A stretch of 64,000 nt of DNA from contig CAWICN010000001.1 in the NCBI GenBank assembly GCA_963834725.1, forward strand, positions 1,038,831 through 1,102,830, in the 5' to 3' direction. The notes under the pieces were generated by a model that was not told the DNA's origin, did not search any database, and saw only the letters and a list, made by a program, of their open reading frames with translations. Positions 57,605-64,000 of this stretch are shown here, in pieces; positions within the stretch are counted from its first letter, which is position 1, and every line of letters begins with the position of its first letter. The translations under genes were made by a program, and so were the position numbers. The DNA comes from an uncultured Acidimicrobiaceae bacterium (GTDB lineage: Bacteria > Actinomycetota > Acidimicrobiia > Acidimicrobiales > Palsa-688).

Positions 57605-58423
57605 ATGTGGCCATCCGGTGCGGTCTGCAAGGCTGAACTGGTGCAGATCTCATCCAGCGTGGAGCCGAACCCGCTGGCCGAGGACCTGGCCCTGGCGTTC
57701 CGCCTGGCCGAGACGGCCGGCGAGGTCGCCCTCAGGTACTTCGAGGAGGGTGTCGGCTCGACTCCCAAGGCCGACGGGACTCCGGTGACCGAAGCGGACT
57801 TCGCGGTAGAGGCCGCGCTTATGAATATCTTGGCCCAAGAACGACCTCACGACGGGATCGTTAGCGAGGAAGGCGGACACCGCCACGGCGCCAACCGCCG
57901 ATGGATCCGCGATCCCATCGACGGGACGGTCAACTTCGCGGCCGGCGATCCACAATGGGGAACCCATGTGGCCTTAGAGATCGACGGAGACATCGCGATC
58001 GGCATCATCACCCGGCCCGTGGCCGACGAAACGTGGTGGGGATTCCGAGGGGGCGGGGCGTTCCGATCATCTGGCTCCTTGAGCCCGGTCCGCTTCCAGG
58101 TTTCGACAGTCGACGCGCTCGCTGACGCCCGAGTCTCGATGTGGCCCGCCGACTCGGACCCGAGACTCGACGCCCTCAAAGCTGCCGCGACGTGGGTTGA
58201 ACCCGACTGGGCGTTGATAAAGAGTCTTGTGCAGGGCGACCTGGATGCTGTCGTGGCAGCGGCCGGGGGCATATGGGATCACGCCCCCGCCGTACTTCTC
58301 GTGCGCGAGGCTGGCAGCCAGTTCTGCGACCACGACGGCGGCCACCGCCTCGACACCGGAGGCGGCATCTACAGCAACGGCCGCCTGCACGACCAGCTCA
58401 AGAGCCTGCTGATTCACGCCTAA
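57605..58423 (+). CDS. Inositol monophosphatase family protein (HisN/SuhB-like)
   Basis: PVTEADFAVEAALMNIL...IVSEEGG...WIRDPIDGTVNF...WDHAPAVLLVREAG. The start is uncertain (internal GTGs near 57641 and 57659). Confidence 0.8.
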   Translation: MWPSGAVCKAELVQISSSVEPNPLAEDLALAFRLAETAGEVALRYFEEGVGSTPKADGTPVTEADFAVEAALMNILAQERPHDGIVSEEGGHRHGANRRWIRDPIDGTVNFAAGDPQWGTHVALEIDGDIAIGIITRPVADETWWGFRGGGAFRSSGSLSPVRFQVSTVDALADARVSMWPADSDPRLDALKAAATWVEPDWALIKSLVQGDLDAVVAAAGGIWDHAPAVLLVREAGSQFCDHDGGHRLDTGGGIYSNGRLHDQLKSLLIHA

Positions 58424-58462
58424 AGGCGCGCTGTCGACCTGAGCAGAGTCGACCCGGCAGTA

Positions 58463-58972
58463 ATGATTACCGGTATGGAATCCATCGTTTTGGAGCCGAA
58501 TGCCAGCGGCCGGTTGTGGGGCGAGGACCCTGAAGTGTGGAACTGGTTGTGCAGTCCCGAGGGCTGCCCGCACTGCAACGACTCCGAACGCGCCGGAACG
58601 GTGGCAGAGACCGATCAGATTTGGGTGAACGTCTGGCCTGAAGCCGTCCTACCCGGTTACGTGTGCGTCTTTTCCAAGCGGCATGTGATCGAGCCGTTCG
58701 ATCTGTCCGAAGCTGAGCAAGCTCGGTTCTTCCTCGACTGCATGGCGGTCGCCCGAGGTGTTTCTTCAGCAACGAATCCGGCGAAGATGAACTACGAGAT
58801 CCACGGCAACACGGTGCCGCACCTGCACATGCATCTCTTCCCGCGCACCGCCGACGATGTGTACGTCGGCTTTCCCAATCATTGTCGAACCACCTTCCAC
58901 CGAAGCGAGAGAGACATAGCTCTGATAGCGACGGCCGTTCGGGAAAGCCTCGGTCCACGACTATTGGCCTGA
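58463..58972 (+). CDS. HIT family protein
   Basis: GYVCVFSKRHVIEPFDLSEAEQ...NTVPHLHMHLFPR (histidine triad). Confidence 0.8.
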   Translation: MITGMESIVLEPNASGRLWGEDPEVWNWLCSPEGCPHCNDSERAGTVAETDQIWVNVWPEAVLPGYVCVFSKRHVIEPFDLSEAEQARFFLDCMAVARGVSSATNPAKMNYEIHGNTVPHLHMHLFPRTADDVYVGFPNHCRTTFHRSERDIALIATAVRESLGPRLLA

Positions 58973-59082
58973 CGGCCCCAAGCCCTGCAGTGTCTCCGAC
59001 TGAACGCTCCGAGGCTGAACGCGGCTGGGCGGCCGGGGAGAGGCATTGACTTTGCCCTGCGGGGAGGGTTCATGCTCTAGGG

Positions 59083-60380
59083 GTGCACGATCTTTTGAGC
59101 ATCGGAGACTTCGCCGCTCGCTGCGGTCTGTCGGCCAAGATGCTGCGGTCGTACGCGGCAGCCGGCCTGTTGATGCCTGCCGCGGTGGACGGCTCGTCGG
59201 GTTACCGCTACTACTCGATCGTTCAGTTTCGCCGGGCCGAGGTCATCGGTCTGCTTCGCCGAGCCGGTATACCGATCCGCGACATCGCCGGCTTCCTGCG
59301 TGACCCCGAATCGACCCAGCTGGACCGCTGGGACAACCAGCTTATCGCGCAGGTTGCGGCCCGACGACAAGCGTTGGCGGACGCCCGCGCCGTTTTGGAT
59401 CTGGACAGCACCTCCCCTCCGTCAGCCCGATCTACCCCAGCGAAAGGATCCCCGATGACCCTAACCGTTGCGGCCGGCTCCGCCACCCAGAAAGGCGGAC
59501 GCGATGCCAACCAGGACGCCGTGCTCATAGGCGACGATCTCTACGCCGTGGCCGACGGCCTTGGAGGTCTCCAAGACGGAGAGATCGCCAGCCACCTCGC
59601 CCTAGAAACCCTCCAGATCACCTTCGCTGTCGATCACAGCAGTTCCGGGCTGCTCCACGCCTGCCAGGAGGCCAACCGAGTGGTGTGGAAACGAGCAACC
59701 CTACAAGGCGACGACCCGACCATGGGAACCACAGTTGCCGCCGTGGGGATCACATCTGACTCCGCGGTGGTCGTCGCCCACGTTGGCGACTCGCGCCTCT
59801 ACCATTTCAACAACGGCCGACTAAGTACTTCGAATCTCAACTACGTTGATGATCTCAAAGCTTCGCCGATAGGCCGCTCTGCCCTGTTCGTCCGCGTGTC
59901 TTCAAGCCCAGATCATCAACGTAGTTGAGATCTGAAGCACTAAGCCAGATCACCGGCGATCACAGCATCGTGGCCGATCTGCTCCGCTCCGGTCAGCTGA
60001 GCGAACAAGACGCCAAGACCCACCCCGATCGCCATGTCCTGACCCGGGCGTTGGGGGTGGCTCCTGACGTGCAGGTCGACATCGCGGCAGTCCCGTGCGA
60101 GACCGGCGACAGGCTGCTGTTGTGCACCGACGGACTGTTCAAGGCCCTCACCGTCGACGAACTTGCGGTCGCGCTCGCGTCGGACAGCGAACCTCAACGA
60201 CTGGCCGACGACCTGGTCTCAAGCGCGGTGCGCGCCGATGCCGAAGACAACGTCACCGTCTTGGTCATGGATCTTCAACAAGAGGCTGACCGCTGTGTTA
60301 CCTCTAGTCGAAGGAGAGTGGTCACACACGTCGTGCCATCCACAGCCGGGTCTGGTAGGCGACCTGCATCTCGCCGTTGA
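59083..60380 (+). pseudogene. MerR-type HTH fused to a PP2C Ser/Thr phosphatase domain, interrupted by a MITE
   Basis: The N-terminus is LSIGDFAARCGLSAKMLRSYAAAGLLMPAAVDGSSGYRYYS (MerR). PP2C motifs follow: RDANQDAVL...YAVADGLGG...GTTVAAV...AHVGDSRLY, then (after the insertion) ITGDHS...HVLTRALG...LLLCTDGL...DNVTVLVMDL. Joining 59083-59825 to 59945-60380 gives 1179 nt, in frame. Confidence 0.8.
59826..59939. mobile_element. Miniature inverted-repeat element (114 bp) with 5-bp direct duplication CTAAG
   Basis: CTAAG is at 59821-59825 and 59940-59944. The terminal inverted repeats (59821-59855 versus 59910-59944) match at 31 of 35 positions, and the inner 22 bp (ATCTCAACTACGTTGATGATCT) are perfect. 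There is no coding capacity. Confidence 0.75.
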
Positions 60381-61065
60381 CGAACTGCTTGCGCAGGATC
60401 GCCTCGACATCACGAAGCAGATCGCCCCGCCGGTCTTCGCCGAGGCCGATCACATAGGAGTGGCTTCTCAGGTCGATCAACCAATCCTCGACGCTCACCT
60501 CGCGCTGCCAGGAGAATATGTGACGCCGTGCCACATCGAAGGCGTCGGAGGCGGCGATAGTCTCCGCGCACCAATCGATGTTCCTTTGGTTGCGCGACAT
60601 ACCGGGGCAGGTGCTCTCAAGAAGTGAGTAGTAGTCGTCGAACCAGGATTGCTGATCGGCCCACGGGTGATTCCACCACGCCGCCCACCAGCCACCAGGC
60701 TTGAGGATCCTGGCTATCTCCGCCGTGCCGCCTGGTTGGTCCACCCAGTGCCAACTCTGTCCCCAGCACACCAGGTCGAAGACCCCGGATCGAAACGGGC
60801 TCGCGGCGCCGTCAGCGATCGCCGCTTCGAGACCCACGGTTCGGGCCGTTGCCTTTCGGAGCATCCTTTCGCCGGGGTCGAAGGCGACGACCTTGGCATG
60901 ACGCTCTATCAGCTGTCGGGTGACCACGCCGGTACCGGCACCGCCATCAGCCACGCTCTTGCCGGCCAAACCGCCACATGACACGTCCAGAAGGTCGTAA
61001 ACCTCCTTCGGATAAGAAGGTCGAGCCGCGCCGTACTCCGCCGCGGCCTCCTCGAACAGCCTCAC
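60322..61065 (-). CDS. Class I SAM-dependent methyltransferase
   Basis: 247-aa ORF: YGAARPSYPKEVYDLL...VADGGAGTGVVTRQLIERHAKVVAFDPGERML...LKPGGWWAAWWN. Confidence 0.85.
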   Translation of the reverse strand: MRLFEEAAAEYGAARPSYPKEVYDLLDVSCGGLAGKSVADGGAGTGVVTRQLIERHAKVVAFDPGERMLRKATARTVGLEAAIADGAASPFRSGVFDLVCWGQSWHWVDQPGGTAEIARILKPGGWWAAWWNHPWADQQSWFDDYYSLLESTCPGMSRNQRNIDWCAETIAASDAFDVARRHIFSWQREVSVEDWLIDLRSHSYVIGLGEDRRGDLLRDVEAILRKQFVNGEMQVAYQTRLWMARRV

Positions 61066-61204
61066 CTGACAAGTGTCGCACTCCGAGGACCAGGCACGTG
61101 ATGGTGTGGCTGTCGCTCAACAGTCCCGGCGGTCACCGGCAAGACCCGACGGTGATGATCTGAAGGTCGCCAGGATCGGAACCGCCTTGACGGCGCCGGT
61201 CGGG

Positions 61205-61261
61205 ATGGCTTTCAATATGGTCACGATGTTCGCCCTGACCGGATCGCTTCTCCTTATGTGA
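61205..61261 (+). promoter_or_regulatory. Candidate Leu-rich leader peptide (18 aa) of a leuS attenuator
   Basis: ATG 61205 ... TGA 61259-61261 gives MAFNMVTMFALTGSLLLM. There are three consecutive Leu codons CTT CTC CTT (61247-61255) and in-frame alternative ATGs at 61217 and 61226. Confidence 0.45.
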
Positions 61262-61291
61262 CGGCGAGCGGTACTTCTCGCTCGCCACCAG

Positions 61292-61320
61292 CCTCCTGCC
61301 CCGGCAGGAGGTTTTTTGTT
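61292..61320 (+). terminator. Intrinsic terminator in the leuS 5' leader
   Basis: CCTCCTGC-CCCG-GCAGGAGG followed by TTTTTTGTT. It is preceded by a second perfect hairpin, GGCGAGCG-N8-CGCTCGCC (61263-61286). No upstream + strand gene ends here. Confidence 0.65.
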
Positions 61321-61364
61321 GCCCTCGAAAGGACCACTGAGATGCAAGAGAACGGACCACTCCG

Positions 61365-63509
61365 GTGGGTGTCGCCTATGACTTCGCCGAGATCGAAACC
61401 CGATGGCGCCAAGACTGGGAAGCCGACGGTCTGTACCGCCTCGACTTAGACGCCATACACCCCGAGCGGGTCTTTTACAACCTGGTCGAGTTCCCCTACC
61501 CCTCCGCCGGGGGCCTGCACGTGGGGCATGTGTTCAAGTACTCCGGCGCCGACGCTTACGGCCGCTATCAGCGCATGCGGGGCCGGGCGGTGTTCCAGCC
61601 GATCGGTTTCGACGCGTTCGGCATCCACACCGAGAACTTCGCCATCAAAGCCGGCCAGCACCCCATGCGCCTGACGGGGCGGACCACCGAGGCGTTCCGG
61701 GCTCAGCTGTCACGGGGAGGGATGGCCTGGGACTGGTCTCGGTGCGTGGATACCAGCCGTCCCGGCTACTACCGCTGGACCCAGTGGATCCTGACCCGAC
61801 TATTCGACGCCGGTTTGATGTACCAGGCCGAAGCGCCGGTGCTGTGGTGCCCGTCCTGTCTGACCGTGCTGGCCCGGGAGCAGACGGAGACCGAAAACGG
61901 GGAGCAGGTGTGCGAGCGGTGCTCGACCCCGGTGGTCGAGCGTCAGATGCGGCAGTGGTTCCTGCGCACCACCGCCTACGCAGATCGTCTGCTGGCCGGT
62001 TTGGGCGGGTTGGACTGGCCGCAGCGGGCCAAACGTCTGCAACGCCAGTGGATCGGGCGGTCGGAGGGACGAGAGATCGACTTCGGAGATCTGACCGTGT
62101 TCACCACCCGCCCCGACACCCTGCCCGCGGTCACCTTCTTGGCCGTCCCGCCCGGCCATCCCGCCGTCGGCGGACACCGCCCCCACCCGCTCACCGGCAT
62201 GCCAGTACCGGTGGTCGCCGCCGACTATGTGATCGAGTCATACGGGACCGGAGCGGTGATGGGAGTGCCGGCGCGTGACGACCGAGACGCCCGCTACGCC
62301 GCCCAACACGGCCTCCCCGTCTCTGACGCGCCCCTCCTGAACGCGGACGACGCCGCCGGGGTCGGTCGGGCCGCGGTGCGCTACCGGATGCGGGACTGGC
62401 TGATCTCCCGCCAGCGCTACTGGGGGCCGCCCATCCCCATCATCCACTGCGACGCCTGCGGACCCGTGTCGGCGCCCGAGCAGGATCTACCAGTGCTGCT
62501 GCCCGAGGTGGAGGAGTTCCGCCCCACCGGCACCGGCAAGTCCCCTCTGGCCACCGTCGAAGCTTTCGTCCGGGCCCGCTGCCCGCGCTGCGGCGGTCCG
62601 GGCCGGCGCGAGACCGACGTGTCCGACACCTTCGTCGACTCGGCCTGGTACTTCCTGCGCTACCCGTCCACCGACTTTGACGACCGGGCCTGGGACTCAG
62701 AACGCACCGCCCGCATCCTGCCCGTCGACTTCTACGCCGGCGGCCCCGAGCACGTACAGCGCCATCACCTCTACGCCCGGTTCATGACCATGGCCCTCCA
62801 CGACCTGGGATTGGTGGACTTAGAAGAACCGTTCCCCCGGATCCGCCTGGGCGGCCTGATCATCAAAGAGGGAGCGAAGATGTCCAAGAGCCGCGGCAAC
62901 GTGGTCGGACCCGACGGCTACGTCACGGATCATGGCTCGGACGTGTTGCGCTGCGCCCTGTTGTTCACCTGCCCGTGGGAGGCCGGCGGCGACTTCCACG
63001 ACGACACCATCGCCGGCATCGAGCGGTTCTTCACCCGAGTGTGGAACACCGTCACCACCCAACCGTCAGAGATGGACCGAGCCGACCCTGTGGTGGAGCG
63101 CACCATCGTGGCGGTCAGCGACGCCATCGAGAAGCTCAGCTTCAACGTCGCCCTGGCCCGCCTGATGGAGATGACCGCTTCCGCGACCACCGCCAGAGCC
63201 AAACGGGTCCTGGTCCAACTGCTGGCGCCCTTCGCCCCGCATCTGGCCGAGGAGCTGTGGGCCCGCCTCGGCGAGCCCTATAGCGTGCATACCAGCGCAT
63301 GGCCCGCACCCGATGCGACGGTCCTGGGATCGCAACCGGTCCAGGTCGTCGTCCAAGTCGACGGCAAAGTTCGAGCACGGATCGCCGTACCTGCCGACGC
63401 CGACGAGACACAGATCATCGACGCAGCCGTTCGGGCCGTCAACGGAATGACAGCGGCCAGAACCGTCTACGTGCCCGGCCGCCTGGTCAACTTCGTCACC
63501 CGAAACTGA
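61365..63509 (+). CDS. leuS: Leucine--tRNA ligase (compact 714-aa form)
   Basis: HIGH motif (GLHVGHVF), KMSKS, CP1/editing motifs TTRPDT and YGTGAVMGVPARDDRD, zinc-type CxxC pairs, and the C-terminal tRNA-binding tail VVQVDGKVRARIAVPADA...VYVPGRLVNFV. Confidence 0.95.
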   Translation: MGVAYDFAEIETRWRQDWEADGLYRLDLDAIHPERVFYNLVEFPYPSAGGLHVGHVFKYSGADAYGRYQRMRGRAVFQPIGFDAFGIHTENFAIKAGQHPMRLTGRTTEAFRAQLSRGGMAWDWSRCVDTSRPGYYRWTQWILTRLFDAGLMYQAEAPVLWCPSCLTVLAREQTETENGEQVCERCSTPVVERQMRQWFLRTTAYADRLLAGLGGLDWPQRAKRLQRQWIGRSEGREIDFGDLTVFTTRPDTLPAVTFLAVPPGHPAVGGHRPHPLTGMPVPVVAADYVIESYGTGAVMGVPARDDRDARYAAQHGLPVSDAPLLNADDAAGVGRAAVRYRMRDWLISRQRYWGPPIPIIHCDACGPVSAPEQDLPVLLPEVEEFRPTGTGKSPLATVEAFVRARCPRCGGPGRRETDVSDTFVDSAWYFLRYPSTDFDDRAWDSERTARILPVDFYAGGPEHVQRHHLYARFMTMALHDLGLVDLEEPFPRIRLGGLIIKEGAKMSKSRGNVVGPDGYVTDHGSDVLRCALLFTCPWEAGGDFHDDTIAGIERFFTRVWNTVTTQPSEMDRADPVVERTIVAVSDAIEKLSFNVALARLMEMTASATTARAKRVLVQLLAPFAPHLAEELWARLGEPYSVHTSAWPAPDATVLGSQPVQVVVQVDGKVRARIAVPADADETQIIDAAVRAVNGMTAARTVYVPGRLVNFVTRN

Positions 63510-64000
63510 CCCGGGCGCAGGCCCTAGGAGAAGTAATCGCCGCCGTAGCCGCCGCGTGTTGTGGCAGAGGCTCAGCGTTATCCGGTCACCTCTGATGGGT
63601 GATTCGGCTCCGTGTAGAGGGCATCGTGCATCCTCGGCGGGCCATCCGCCACCACGTAGCAGCACCAAATCACCGTCACCGGTTTCCCCACCGAAACGGC
63701 TCGGGAGGACGGTCGTCGGGCGAGTTCGAGGCGTCGTCCCAGACGCGGAATACGCCGCCGCCTTCCAGAGATGACGATGGCCATGATTCCCCCCGCAGCG
63801 GGCGGGTCCAGATGGGCGGTGATGAAACCGACGCCCCTGTTGGACCTCCCCCACTGGGCCTGGTTGAACCGCGGCAGTGTCAGCGTCGGAGGTGCGCAAC
63901 GCGTTGATGGCGTCGCCGATCGATTCGGCAAGGCACACCGGCGGCGGGGTTCGCCGGGCGAGATTCGCCGTGGCAGGACAATCCGCCTTGGCGGACACAG

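Noticed and set aside
61080-61364. T-box riboswitch upstream of leuS
   Set aside because: I looked for the conserved T-box sequence (…GGGTGGTACCGCG…) positioned in an antiterminator 5' of the terminator stem, and for a specifier-loop architecture. Neither is present, and the leader is far shorter than a T-box. The leader-peptide model fits better.
63578-63931. 117-aa minus-strand ORF, and the longer 63066-63998 ORF, downstream of leuS
   Set aside because: No family-like motifs. The longer ORF overlaps the leuS 3' end in antisense, and the composition is Arg/Pro-rich. The region runs into the window edge, so no call was made.
1-64000. CRISPR arrays, rRNA genes, intact tRNA genes, long tandem arrays
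   Set aside because: I scanned by eye for regularly spaced direct repeats and for conserved rRNA/tRNA sequence blocks. Only the short repeats listed above were found.

Overview
High-GC (about 65-70%) chromosomal DNA that looks like Actinomycetota. The gene families support this: an Asp23/AmaP/DUF6286 operon with an ECF sigma factor, an Erm(37)-like methylase, Stf0, and an actinobacterial-type DapD. The window is mostly an accessory region with heavy mobile-element traffic and gene decay.

Layout:
- 1-2.8 kb: integrase and Tn3 transposase remnants.
- 2.9-7.0 kb: ECF-sigma / anti-sigma::Asp23 / Asp23 / DUF6286 / AmaP envelope-stress operon.
- 7-20 kb: small regulators (TetR, MarR), an ABC exporter, and two type II toxin-antitoxin loci (MazEF-like, Xre-RES).
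- 20-35.4 kb: insertion hot zone. It holds an integrase fragment, an IS256 copy with a perfect 8-bp target duplication, an unclassified 1.9-kb element that splits a nucleoside hydrolase gene, and a three-gene IS21-like element carrying a nested IS630.
- 35.4-54.8 kb: dense island of APH-fold kinases, SAM methyltransferases, nucleotidyltransferases, an Erm-like rRNA methylase, a PhyH dioxygenase and a Stf0 sulfotransferase. Many of these are frame-disrupted.
- 54.8-64 kb: dapD pseudogene, sigma fragment in frame with gmd, an IMPase, a HIT protein, a MerR-PP2C gene interrupted by a 114-bp MITE, a methyltransferase, and a compact leuS.

No rRNA gene, intact tRNA gene or CRISPR array was seen.

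Most interesting candidates:
- A Leu-codon leader peptide plus terminator upstream of leuS.
- The unclassified 1.9-kb insertion element.
- The IS21-like element with a third translationally coupled ORF.
- The MITE.
- The kinase/methyltransferase island.

All calls rest on reading the sequence and ORF translations by eye. No database search was run.
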